From assembly GCA_964358315.1 (NCBI GenBank), contig CAYHOF010000005.1:19354-83353 (forward strand): 64,000 nucleotides of DNA, read 5' to 3'. The position numbers were made by a program, and so were the translations under genes. The notes under the pieces are model-generated. The model saw nothing but the letters and a program-made list of their open reading frames with translations. It was not told the DNA's origin and made no database searches. Of the stretch, positions 1-10,300 are shown piece after piece. The first letter of the stretch is position 1; each line of letters opens with the position of its first letter. This stretch comes from an uncultured Methanosarcinales archaeon. GTDB taxonomy: Archaea > Nanobdellota > Nanobdellia > Woesearchaeales > ARS49.

Positions 1-2
1 CA

Positions 3-488
3 GCAACGATTGCTAATCGCCTCAAATTACTTCTGAAGAGCGACTTGGTGCAAGGTTTCAAGCCACTACTGGACATGAGCAAACTCGGTAAACAGTGGTA
101 TGTGCTACTTCTGAAGCTCAAGTACGTCGATGAACCAATGAAGAACAAGTTCATCGAGACAATGAAAACGCTGCCGCAGACCTTCTACGTTACACAGGGA
201 GTCGGAAACTGGCACATGCAACTCGAATTCTACTGCGATGACGACAACGATTGGAAGAAAGTCCTCTCACACATATTTCCTTCAGAACACAGTCCAATTG
301 TCAAAGAGCTAACCGAGATGAGAATTACAGCGGAACATAAATGCGTGTATTATCCGTTTGATCTTGGCAACACGCGCCAAGCAAAGCTTAACAGATGGTC
401 AAAGGAGGAACAATGGAAAAAACCAAAGACTCAGAAGTCAAAATCGTCTACACCAATCATCGAGGAGAGACCGATATACGCCACATAG
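3..488 (+). CDS. Lrp/AsnC-family wHTH regulator (5'-partial)
   Basis: Frame is open from the window start: ATIANRLKLLLKSDLVQGFKPLLDMSKLG is AsnC HTH/wing-like, followed by a RAM-like domain. Confidence 0.65.
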   Translation, partial: ATIANRLKLLLKSDLVQGFKPLLDMSKLGKQWYVLLLKLKYVDEPMKNKFIETMKTLPQTFYVTQGVGNWHMQLEFYCDDDNDWKKVLSHIFPSEHSPIVKELTEMRITAEHKCVYYPFDLGNTRQAKLNRWSKEEQWKKPKTQKSKSSTPIIEERPIYAT

Positions 489-619
489 TGCCAAAAGAGC
501 TCAAATTCGGAAGCACAGAATATCATCCTGAACCGCAGTGACTTCTTGTCGCCTTTGACCTTGACAAGAAAGCGGAAAGAACATTTGCGATGCGGGATAT
601 CCGAACTTGGTATAAATAA
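413..619 (+). pseudogene. Stand-alone WYL-domain protein interrupted by in-frame TGA (539-541)
   Basis: GGAGG SD at 404-408. Translation: MEKTKDSEVKIVYTNHRGETDIRHIVPKELKFGSTEYHPEPQ*LLVAFDLDKKAERTFAMRDIRTWYK. The stop sits at the W of the WYL-like motif. Confidence 0.7.
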
Positions 620-633
620 TCGAGCCAAGCATA

Positions 634-673
634 CAATTTATAAATTGCCAACCATAGAGTCTCTTATAAAGAG
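634..673. promoter_or_regulatory. Palindromic TATA-containing sites upstream of the MTase operon
   Basis: Perfect 14-bp palindrome CAATTTATAAATTG (634-647) and CTCTT-ATA-AAGAG (661-673). Confidence 0.45.
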
Positions 674-766
674 GCGAAGTTCAATTTGCGTGTAATCGGA
701 TACCAGTTAAACACATGACTGGCACGCGATTCTACAAAAGCCTAAGGTACGGGCAGATTGAGCGCG

Positions 767-2071
767 ATGGGAAACGGCAAGAGACAGAAACCAAAAACGT
801 TAAAGTTTATCGACCTCTTTGCAGGTCTAGGTGGATTCCATGTCGCTCTGCATTCGCTTGGCCACACATGTGTTTTTGCATCAGAAATTGATGAAGAACT
901 ACAAGATACATACGAGAAAAACTTTGGGATCAGACCTGCAGGCGATATACGAAAAGTAGCCGTGACGGACATACCTCCACACGATATACTTTGTGCAGGA
1001 TTTCCATGCCAGCCATTTTCAAAGGCAGGTTTTCAGAAGGGTCTTAAGGACACCGAACGCGGAAATTTATTCTTCGAAATATTGAGGATACTGAAGTACC
1101 ATCAACCTTCATATATTCTTCTTGAAAATGTTCCCCACATAAAGAAACAAGATAACGGAAAAATTTGGAAGACTATTGAAGCTGACCTAAGGGCGGCAGG
1201 GTATTATGTAGACTCAAAGGAATTGTCACCGCACCACTTCGGAATCCCTCAAATTCGACTAAGGACATATATCGTTGCAGCCAAAAAGGGCCTGACTGGG
1301 TTCATATGGCCAATTCCTAATGGAAAAGATGCCAATGTAAAGAGTGTTCTTGACAAACATCCCGTCAACGAAGTGAACATATCTGTCCGAGCAAAAAAGG
1401 CACTGTTATTCTGGCAAGAGTTCTTGAATCTAGTTCCAAGTGACGAGCCGCTCCCTAAACCAATATGGGCGATGGAATTCGGTGCGACATATCCATTCGA
1501 GAAAACCACCCCATTTGCGAGCACAGTAAAAGAACTTAGGAGGCACAAGGGCGCATTCGGGAAACAACTTCGAGGAGAAAAAAAGAAAGAAATTTACCGG
1601 AGACTACCTTCTCATGCGCAACGAGAAGACCGGAAGTTTCCAATATGGAAAGTTCGCATGATCAAAACAAATAGAGTCTTTTACAACAAGCATCGTGAAA
1701 TATTGAGCGCATGGACAAAGAAGATTCAACAACTCCCATCAAGTTACCAGAAACTTGAGTGGAATCTCAACGGTGGACCTCGACAGATCACTAAATACTT
1801 GGTACAGTTAAGAGCATCCGGTGTCAGAGTAAAAGAACTGACAACAGCGCCATCTCTCGTAGCCATGACCTCAACACAAGTTCCAATTATTCCTTGGGAA
1901 AACCGCTACATGACCCCAAAAGAGTGTAGTAGATTGCAGAGTATGGACGTACTCAAGCATCTTCCTGAGAGGACGACTAAGGCATATGAAGCACTCGGAA
2001 ATGCAGTCAACGTCACCGTCGTAACACAAGTTATAAAATCATTGCTTATTGATAGAGCGCAAAATGCATAA
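767..2071 (+). CDS. dcm: DNA (cytosine-5)-methyltransferase
   Basis: Motif I DLFAGLGG, catalytic GFPCQPFS, ENV, PQIRLR, terminal GNAVNV. Confidence 0.95.
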   Translation: MGNGKRQKPKTLKFIDLFAGLGGFHVALHSLGHTCVFASEIDEELQDTYEKNFGIRPAGDIRKVAVTDIPPHDILCAGFPCQPFSKAGFQKGLKDTERGNLFFEILRILKYHQPSYILLENVPHIKKQDNGKIWKTIEADLRAAGYYVDSKELSPHHFGIPQIRLRTYIVAAKKGLTGFIWPIPNGKDANVKSVLDKHPVNEVNISVRAKKALLFWQEFLNLVPSDEPLPKPIWAMEFGATYPFEKTTPFASTVKELRRHKGAFGKQLRGEKKKEIYRRLPSHAQREDRKFPIWKVRMIKTNRVFYNKHREILSAWTKKIQQLPSSYQKLEWNLNGGPRQITKYLVQLRASGVRVKELTTAPSLVAMTSTQVPIIPWENRYMTPKECSRLQSMDVLKHLPERTTKAYEALGNAVNVTVVTQVIKSLLIDRAQNA

Positions 2072-3614
2072 AGAAGAATTGACAATAAATGTCCGTCCTC
2101 CGGTAAGTGTGTACTCTACTTATCGCAGACTTAGTTATCAGCCATGGTATGCGATAGCAGAATTTGTAGACAATTCCACTCAAAATTATTACAGCCATAA
2201 AAACGAACTTCTCAAGGCGTTCAGAAAAGATGGATCAAAAAAGTGTGTAATTGACATTGAATATGACGCCCAGAAGAATCGTCTTGTGATTCGGGACAAT
2301 TGTAACGGCATGGACATTGCTGAACTGCACCGAGCCGTACAATTGAATTCTCCTCCTGCCGATCCTTCCGGGCGATGCGAGTTTGGAATGGGACTAAAGA
2401 CCGCTGCATGTTGGTTTGGTCGTAAGTGGAAAATTGAAACGACGCGCCTTGGGTCCGGAGAACGCTACAGCGTTTTCATGGATGTTGACGAACTTGCGCA
2501 CCAAGGTAGTGAACTGCTTATCGTAGGTTCAAAGACTGCGAATCCCAACGAGCATTATACTATCCTTACAATCGATGACGTGTACAAACCAATGCACTCT
2601 AAAACAATTGGCAGAATCAAAGAGCAATTGAGCAGCATGTACAGACTAGACTTGGCGTCGGGAGAGATTGACATCAAGTGGAACAACGTGCCCCTAACGT
2701 TTACGCCTCCAAATGTTCTGGAAGAAGACAGGCCGGGCGGGAAGAAAACAATTTGGAAGAAAGACGTAAAGTTTGGAGTCTCATGGGAATCAGAAAATGT
2801 GCGACTTCCAGTACACGGTTGGATTGGCATAAGGGACCCAGGCAGCCAGCGAGACGCTGGATTCGTGCTTCTTCGAAGAGGTAGAGTCATTCTCGGAGGG
2901 CCGGATCGAGGATACAAGCCCGACGAGGTCTTTGGACAGGGCAATACGTTCAGATCGCAACGTCTCATCGGCGAACTGCACATGGATGAATGGCCCGTTA
3001 CTCAGGCCAAAGATATGTTTGATTGGTCAGGGGGGCTTGAAGACAAATTTATTGAAGCTTTGAAAGTAGCATCAAAAGACTACATGGAGAAGGCGGAGAT
3101 CTACCGAAAGAAGCAGTTACCCACAACAAAGAAAGATATGCAAGAAGCCGCAACAGAAGTACGTAAAATATTTGAAAACAAAGACTTCCTGAAAGCCATC
3201 CGTGCAGAACTCGCAGTTCCAACTCCACTTCCATCAGGCAAGCGAGAGGCCGCAGATCTTAAGAAAATAAAAGCCGAGAGTGACGGCCCGATCACATTCA
3301 CGCTACAACAACCAAAGGGAAATCTTGTGTTTAAAATATATTGGCAAGGTGCAATATCTGATGCATCATGGATGAGTGTAGAATACCCCTCAGAGTCAGA
3401 AATATTAGTATACTTGAATTCGAAGCATCCCTTCTTCGAAAAATATCTGGGAAATTCCGAAATGTTGGAATTGATACAGAAGTTCATCCTCGCTCTAGCT
3501 CTTGCGGAGAAAATTGCGCGCATGACATCAAGCGACGGAAAGATTGATCCTGGCGATTTCCGCAACTACATGAATAGAGTACTCAGGATAGCTTCAGAAA
3601 TCAAAGGCACATGA
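2064..3614 (+). CDS. GHKL (MORC/MutL-like) ATPase, MzaA-like
   Basis: AIAEFVDNS, IRDNCNGM, EFGMGLKTA Bergerat-fold motifs. Confidence 0.85.
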   Translation: MHKEELTINVRPPVSVYSTYRRLSYQPWYAIAEFVDNSTQNYYSHKNELLKAFRKDGSKKCVIDIEYDAQKNRLVIRDNCNGMDIAELHRAVQLNSPPADPSGRCEFGMGLKTAACWFGRKWKIETTRLGSGERYSVFMDVDELAHQGSELLIVGSKTANPNEHYTILTIDDVYKPMHSKTIGRIKEQLSSMYRLDLASGEIDIKWNNVPLTFTPPNVLEEDRPGGKKTIWKKDVKFGVSWESENVRLPVHGWIGIRDPGSQRDAGFVLLRRGRVILGGPDRGYKPDEVFGQGNTFRSQRLIGELHMDEWPVTQAKDMFDWSGGLEDKFIEALKVASKDYMEKAEIYRKKQLPTTKKDMQEAATEVRKIFENKDFLKAIRAELAVPTPLPSGKREAADLKKIKAESDGPITFTLQQPKGNLVFKIYWQGAISDASWMSVEYPSESEILVYLNSKHPFFEKYLGNSEMLELIQKFILALALAEKIARMTSSDGKIDPGDFRNYMNRVLRIASEIKGT

Positions 3615-5734
3615 TAACTAAAACTATGGAAATTGAAGCAGTTCAAGCTGAAGCTAACAGTTGGACTATTGATGTAGAATGTCCCGAAATTGAAGAATTG
3701 AGAAGAAGATATTCTCAGCATATGTCAGTTGATGAATTCAATCGGTCACTTTGGTCAGCCGCCAGGTTACTGGCTCACTGCCCAAATCCACGGGGCAGAC
3801 CGATAAAGAGAACAGGATTAGCTATTGGGAAGATTCAGAGCGGCAAGACTCTATCCTTCACAATATTGATTGCTCTTGCAGCTGCAAACGGCTACAATAA
3901 GGTTATCGTGCTAGCGGGAACCAAGAAATCGCTTCACAGGCAGACAAGTGAAAGGCTCGATCGAGATTTGACATCAGGAAACTATGCTGTCGCAAACAGA
4001 ATCACCATATTTCGCAATCCACGCGGCGGCGATGTAAATGGAATACGTGGTCACCTTGAAATGAATAGATGTGCCGTTATATCCGTGATGAAGAATGTAA
4101 CTCACATTCGGAACGCTGCAAAAATACTAGAGTCCGCAGCAATTCCCAAAGGACCAACGCTGATTATTGATGACGAGGGTGACGAAGCTTCCTTGAACAG
4201 TTATTTCCGAACGGGTGAACAATCGGCGGTATATAGTAAAATTCAAGCTCTACGGCAAGCCGTGCCTTGTCATGCATATTTAGCCTACACTGCGACACCT
4301 CAATCCAATCTGTTGTTGGAAACCGTAGACAACTTGAGTCCCGACTTTTGCGAGTTGATAGAACCGGGTTCAGGGTATTGTGGCGGATCTCTATTCTTCG
4401 GGGCTCAATCATATACGAGGTTCGTTCGCGAAATTACCGACGTACCCGAGGATGGCACTCTATCGGTAATTCCAGAGAGCCTCCAACAAGCACTAGCCAT
4501 ATTTTTTGTGGGGGCGGCTATTCGCCATAGCAGATTACCCCGTAGAAAGCACTCAATGCTCATTCATACAACACATATCCGCGCCGGACATGAGCAAATG
4601 TGGACTGCTGTTGAGAACCTACTTGACAATTGGAAGACGCGGTTGGCGAGCCGCAGAAACGATCCAAACAGACAACAATTAATGACACAATTCAAGCAAG
4701 GATATGACGATCTCATAAGGACCGTTTCGAACCCACCGCCGTGGGATGAGATTCAGGAGGCTCTTCCGTCTGAAGTTACAGCGTGCCAACCCCATATGGT
4801 AAACAGTCTTCCTGAAGGCACCCAAATCGCCGAGCAGAACTTCACGCTTGAAAACAACATCGTGATTGGAGGGAACATACTCGGACGAGGTGTAACCATT
4901 CAGGATCTCACAACATCTTACATGGTGAGAAGAGCACGCAACACGAATGTAGATACTGTGGAACAAAGAGCAAGATGGTTTGGCTACAAGGCGGAGTACA
5001 TAGATATCTGTCGAATCTTTCTACCTACTCGCGCGATTGAGGATTATCGCGGCATACTGGAACACGAGGATGACTTCTGGGACTCCCTCAGGCGCAATAT
5101 CCGTCAAGGTATTCAGATTCGGGGATGGCCCCGTTTCTTCCAGTTAGATTCTAACTTACGGATGAATCCCACCAGAAGAAGCGTAGCACGCTACAAAGAA
5201 TTCCGACCAGGGGGATGGGACACACAACGTACTCCAATTGAGGACATCGGTAGCGTATCGTCGAACAAAATCATTATCCAACGCTTCTTTTCACGCCACA
5301 GAGGCGCAGACGAAAATGTAGGTACAACTCACACATTTGTAAGGGAGTGTCCAGTCACCGAAGTAATATCCGAATTGCTCGGGCCGCTTAGTTTTACCGG
5401 CACTGGTTGGGAAAAGGAATATTATATTGAATATCTGACCCGACTTTCAGAGGCTGGACGACTCGGTTCAGTGGACGTAGTGTTAATGAGCAGAGGCAAT
5501 GAGCGTCATAGACAACTTGATGGAAGCAACATCAACAATCTAATGGAGGGACGTCGCGCGAACTATCGTGGAGATAGAGAAGTTCATAACAACAAGGTAC
5601 AACTACAAATTCACTATGTAACAATTACCGATGCTTCAAGAAATGATTTATTCCAGACCACTGCTGTCGCAATTTATGTCCCAAATAATCCCCAACTAGA
5701 TATGTCCTTCATCGTTCGAGGGGAAACAGAATGA
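3611..5734 (+). CDS. Z1-domain protein with SF2-helicase-like motifs, MzaB-like
   Basis: GKIQSGKT, IIDDEGDEASLN, YTATPQ, HSMLIH, IGGNILGRGVTI, EQRARWFGY. Confidence 0.85.
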   Translation: MITKTMEIEAVQAEANSWTIDVECPEIEELRRRYSQHMSVDEFNRSLWSAARLLAHCPNPRGRPIKRTGLAIGKIQSGKTLSFTILIALAAANGYNKVIVLAGTKKSLHRQTSERLDRDLTSGNYAVANRITIFRNPRGGDVNGIRGHLEMNRCAVISVMKNVTHIRNAAKILESAAIPKGPTLIIDDEGDEASLNSYFRTGEQSAVYSKIQALRQAVPCHAYLAYTATPQSNLLLETVDNLSPDFCELIEPGSGYCGGSLFFGAQSYTRFVREITDVPEDGTLSVIPESLQQALAIFFVGAAIRHSRLPRRKHSMLIHTTHIRAGHEQMWTAVENLLDNWKTRLASRRNDPNRQQLMTQFKQGYDDLIRTVSNPPPWDEIQEALPSEVTACQPHMVNSLPEGTQIAEQNFTLENNIVIGGNILGRGVTIQDLTTSYMVRRARNTNVDTVEQRARWFGYKAEYIDICRIFLPTRAIEDYRGILEHEDDFWDSLRRNIRQGIQIRGWPRFFQLDSNLRMNPTRRSVARYKEFRPGGWDTQRTPIEDIGSVSSNKIIIQRFFSRHRGADENVGTTHTFVRECPVTEVISELLGPLSFTGTGWEKEYYIEYLTRLSEAGRLGSVDVVLMSRGNERHRQLDGSNINNLMEGRRANYRGDREVHNNKVQLQIHYVTITDASRNDLFQTTAVAIYVPNNPQLDMSFIVRGETE

Positions 5735-6705
5735 GCTTGAACCAAGAGTTTGATGCCTTGAAGAAATCCAAAGTTAAACATGACTTCAGCGTAATCGAAC
5801 ACTCAAATCGACAAGGAGTCTTGATTGGGGTTGACTCTCAAGGGAGACCCTGCATATTCATCAAGGCAGGAGAAGAATTGAATTCGCCTGCAATAAAGAC
5901 CTCAAAGCTACAGGTTGACTTTGCAACTGAATTTCAGCTTTTTGTCAATGAGCGACGCAGCGAAACTGGTCGCTACCACAGTATTCGATGCCTTAGCACA
6001 GACGCTTCTGACTGGCGGACATTCATAACAGTGCTGGACTCCGTGCTTCTGGATCCAGGAATGGATTTGTCATCTTACTCTCTATCTCAAATGTTCTATT
6101 CGCTTGTGAGTCTATTCAAAATGGGAGCCGCAGCAGATCTAGCAAAAGAAAGACAAGGGCTCTGGGGAGAACTATTTTTCATGAAAACTACTGGTGGTTT
6201 CGCAATGTGGGCTGAACATTGGCACAGTGAACCGACTCGCCTATTTGACTTCTCAAAAGGCAATCACCGAATTGAAATAAAAACAACCTCGAAACCAGAA
6301 AGAATACACGAATTCTCTCACAGACAACTCTTTTCCTTATCATCAGAAGAAATTTCAATTGTCTCAATGATGCTGCGAGAAGAAGACGCAGGTCTGTCTC
6401 TGAGGTCGCTAATCGAAGAGGCAAAAAAGAACCTTCGAGCAACGCCTTACTTTATCAAGCTCGAGAAAGCCGTACGAAGTGCGGGAATGGACAATTCAAG
6501 TGATACTGGTCCGAGATTCAATGATCTTGAGGCATCACGACAACTAGCATGGTATGGCGCTGAAAGCGTTCCCCGGTTTAGAACGCAAGAACCAGAAGGC
6601 GTTTCTGGAACCCATTACCGCAGTGACCTTACCAATGCACCGAAACTCACGGCGGAACAAGTGAAGGATTGGATGCAGAACTGGGATCACGCCACTAGTC
6701 CGTAA
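5731..6705 (+). CDS. PD-(D/E)xK motif protein (DUF4420-like), MzaC-like
   Basis: QGLWGELFF ... FDF ... IEIKTT; coupled to the Z1 gene by an ATGA overlap. Confidence 0.8.
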   Translation: MSLNQEFDALKKSKVKHDFSVIEHSNRQGVLIGVDSQGRPCIFIKAGEELNSPAIKTSKLQVDFATEFQLFVNERRSETGRYHSIRCLSTDASDWRTFITVLDSVLLDPGMDLSSYSLSQMFYSLVSLFKMGAAADLAKERQGLWGELFFMKTTGGFAMWAEHWHSEPTRLFDFSKGNHRIEIKTTSKPERIHEFSHRQLFSLSSEEISIVSMMLREEDAGLSLRSLIEEAKKNLRATPYFIKLEKAVRSAGMDNSSDTGPRFNDLEASRQLAWYGAESVPRFRTQEPEGVSGTHYRSDLTNAPKLTAEQVKDWMQNWDHATSP

Positions 6706-6832
6706 TGGCTTCTCTACTACACGTCGAACATAAATGAACGGCATAAATACTTCCATCGAATCCTGTGGCGCCATATTGAGGGTCAACTTGAGACAGCGCA
6801 CCACATTTCTCGCACTTCATTCTTGGAGTCAT
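6695..6832 (-). CDS. Zn-ribbon microprotein (45 aa)
   Basis: CEKC...CSTC; last gene of the minus-strand operon. Confidence 0.5.
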   Translation of the reverse strand: MTPRMKCEKCGALSQVDPQYGATGFDGSIYAVHLCSTCSREAITD

Positions 6833-6872
6833 AGGCCTAATGAAAATCCTACAGCTTTTAGATCTTTCGGAC

Positions 6873-6968
6873 CTAAAGTACTCCAACGACTGTTCCGCAG
6901 TTCGGACACTTTCGTTCTTCCCAATCAAATTCATCGACAGGCATGAAGCAGTCTCTGCATCGTACCAT
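6873..6968 (-). CDS. Zn-ribbon microprotein (31 aa)
   Basis: MVRCRDCFMPVDEFDWEERKCPNCGTVVGVL, with GGAGTG SD upstream. Confidence 0.55.
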   Translation of the reverse strand: MVRCRDCFMPVDEFDWEERKCPNCGTVVGVL

Positions 6969-6972
6969 TTTG

Positions 6973-7197
6973 TCACTCCACGACTGTCATAAGCCTTCGG
7001 CAGCAGTAGTCTTCTGTTGGATTGACTGATCCTTTTTCTCTTCCGCATATTTCGCATTCAACGTAGATCATAGGTTCCTCCATATCTCCGATCGATTCAT
7101 TGCATGTAGGGCAGATGTAGCCCTGTTGTTGCCAGATGCTCATTGTGAACGCGGCAGTGCAGTTGGTGTTGAAGCAGCGCACCAAGTGGTCTTTCAT
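6973..7197 (-). CDS. Cys-rich double Zn-finger small protein (74 aa)
   Basis: CFNTNC, CPTC, CEIC, CC; ATGA overlap with the upstream microORF. Confidence 0.6.
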   Translation of the reverse strand: MKDHLVRCFNTNCTAAFTMSIWQQQGYICPTCNESIGDMEEPMIYVECEICGREKGSVNPTEDYCCRRLMTVVE

Positions 7198-7304
7198 TGC
7201 CATCCACAACTACATAGGCAGCAGAGTGCGTCATCGTTTTGGTGTAGGTTGTCGCCGCACGCGTGGCATTTTCTTCGTGTTCTTGGTCCGAGTCCTTCTA
7301 CCAT
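7194..7304 (-). CDS. Cys-rich microprotein (36 aa)
   Basis: GGAGG SD; MVEGLGPRTRRKCHACGDNLHQNDDALCCLCSCGWQ; overlaps the VirB4 tail. Confidence 0.5.
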   Translation of the reverse strand: MVEGLGPRTRRKCHACGDNLHQNDDALCCLCSCGWQ

Positions 7305-10300
7305 GTTTTTTGCCTCCTGTTTTTGTTTGCACAGCTGGATTGGCAGTTGCTTTTTGGGCCTTGTTTGAACTGCCAGTCTCTTTTTTGATCTGTCTCACTG
7401 CCTTGTCGTTCTCGTCGATATTTTTCGTCTGGCAGTTGGAAGTTAATTCATATAGAGAGGGGGAGGGTTTGCCTAGGCGAGTCTTGCAGAATTGTGGCAG
7501 GTCGTGGCGTAGCAGGACGTTGTTGCCGAACTTGTTTTGGTAGCGTTTGCGCCAGTGGTTGTATGCGATTACGAACCACCATCTGTTTGGATAGTGTGTG
7601 TTGAGGTGTTCGACTTTGGTAGCGAGGTAGTCTGGTCTGTGTTTGAAGTTGGCTCCTGTTTCAATTTCGAATGCGCACTTTTGTCCCTTGTCGTTCTTGA
7701 ACGCAATGTCTGGGTTGACATCGTTGTTGCGCACTGTGCTGTTGAGCCATGCGTGTGGAGTGTGACGCAATATCTCTTCATAGACAGCGTGTGTGAGGTA
7801 AGTGTGTTCAGTGGTCGCTCTGCCTTCTTTGCGGACAAGGAACACTGCATAGTTGTTGGACCGAATGGGGACGTGCTTGCTTTGGATGAATCCATTCCGC
7901 CTGAGGTAGTCTATCTCTTCTGGAGAGAGGACACTCTTGCGGTAGAATCCTTTGGCGAGGTCGAGTTGGATGAGGACTTTCTTGACGGCGAGTGTGGTGT
8001 TTGGTGCGGTGTCGCCTTCGAGTTGGAGTAGTTCATCTGGGTTGGTTGTGATGAGTTCGTGTTCTTTCGGACTGGCGATGATGCGTATTTCGTGGTGGTC
8101 GTTGTCCATCATGAGCAGGCCTTCTCCTGGGCAGCTTGCCATGAGGTGTTCGCGTTCTTCGTGACTGAGGTGGAAGACTTCTTGGACGCTGTTGATGATG
8201 CTTGCTTTTTGTCGGAGGAGGATGGTGTAGCTGCTGTTGGCAAGGGTTGCCCGTCCGGCGTTGCTTTGGAGGAGGTCTGCGACGTCTTGGGTGATCATGA
8301 GGAGGCCGAGGTTGAATTTGCGGCAGGTTTTGACGATCTCGAAGATGTAGCTTTGGTCTTGTGCGTGTTGCAGGAGTGACCACGCTTCGTCGATGACGAG
8401 GAGTTTGCGTTGCCTGTCTTGCTTCATACGCATGTAAATGTAGTCGAGCAGGAGGAACATGATGACGGGCTTGACTTGTTTTGGCATGTTGCCGATGTTG
8501 AAGACGACGAAGTTGTTGTCGAGTTTGATCTTTGTCGGTCTGTTGAGGAAGCTGAAGACGCCATCGACGTACATGCTGAGTCTGTTCTGGAGGGTGGCAT
8601 AGCTGCTTCGCTCGTACATTGTGCTTTGTCGTTTGAGGACTTCGAGTTGGTGGTAGAGGTCGCCGAGGGTTGGCGGGTCGGTTGGCGTTTTGGTGTCTTC
8701 GTTGATGGCTCGTAGTGCGTAGGTCTTGCTCACTGCGCGATCAAGGATGGCGCGTTGGCCTTCGGTGAGTTGGCCGAACATGATGTTGAACAGGTCAAGC
8801 AAAGCCAATCGTTTCTCGACAAAAGAGTGCCCAAGCAGGTCGAGTGGGTTGATGATTGTCTCGCTGTCTCTGCTGATGTCGATGACACTGCCCTTGTATT
8901 CCTTCGCGAGCTTGACGTATTCTCCTTGTGGGTCGATGACGATGACTTTGGTGCCGCTCATGAGGTAGCGACTGATCAGGAGTTTGGAAGTGTAGCTTTT
9001 GCCGCTGCCGCTTGTCGCTAGAATCGAGCCATTGGCATTGTTGAGGGCAAAGATATCTTTGATGATGGGCAGGCCGTTCCTGTTGAGTCCCAAAAACACG
9101 CCGTTGTCTTCAAGGACGAGGAAGGGGCTGGTGAATGGGAAGAATGCCCCGAGCGCTTGTGTCGTGATGAAGCGTCGTTGGGCGAGTGCGTTGTTGGCGT
9201 GTGGGAGCATGCTTTGGAGTCCTGCTGCCATGCGTAAAGTGGGAATTTTCGGGATGATGAGCATGCTGTTGAGGTAGGATGTTGCTCGTCGGGTTTGGGT
9301 ATCAAGCTGTTCGGGAGTTGTTGCTTTGATGTCGAGGTAGAGGCTGACTTGGAAGAGGCGGTTCTCGCCGCGTTGGATGCCATCCAGCACGTTTTTCGTG
9401 TCGTTGTATTGGATGTCGAGGCTTGGCAGGAATTGTCCTTTGATCTGAGCTGCATAGAGGTCTGCGCGTTGTTTTTGGATCTCTCTGTTGAGCATCAGGA
9501 GTGTCTGGTCGATGGGGTAGGGTTCGATGTGGAGGCTGATGTCGAAGTTGCCTTCTGCTGTGATGAGTTTGTCCAGCCAGCCGTCCTCAACGGTGCGGGG
9601 ATAGCCGTGTGCCGCGATGACTCTGTGCAGGTGGCCGTCTATGTCTGCGTAGGTTGGTTTGTTGATGACGTAGGTTGGCGTGAGGCCGTCCTGTTTCTTG
9701 ATGTTGAATTGTCGTTGGAGAACAGAGGTGATGGCGGTTTTCGTGAGTCGTTGTGGCTTGAGGTGCATGCTGGCGAGCGTGTTTTGGACGACGGCGACTT
9801 GAGCATCTAGTGCGCCATCTTGTTCGGGCACGATGAGGTAGAATTGTCTGTTATGTGTCTGGCGCTTGCGCATGATGTCAAGTATGCTTGCCTTGTGACT
9901 CTGGAACAGATGCTCGTGACCTTGTGCTGTGCGTTGGCTGAGTTGCTGCAAGTACGAAGTCAAGTCCAGGGGGTCTGTGCTGATGAAGAGTTGGATCGGG
10001 AAGTCGAGGCTGTTGAGGAATCGTCGGAAGGATTTGATGATAGCCTCTTTTTCTTGAGTTGGCTTGATTTTATAGTTGACAGGTTCGATGCTGAGGATGG
10101 CTATGCGTCGTTGTTGCTTGCCCAGACGGACGGTGAGGTGATCTTTCTCTACAGAGATGTGTCCCAACCATTCCTTCATTGCCTTGGTGTACTTGGAGAA
10201 TCTTCTTGTGCGGAAGTAGAACCAAAGGTCTTGCGCCCTTTCGGTGAGGTTGCCGAATATGAGCAGCAGCCCGACGATGAGCGGAATGCTTGCGATGCCG

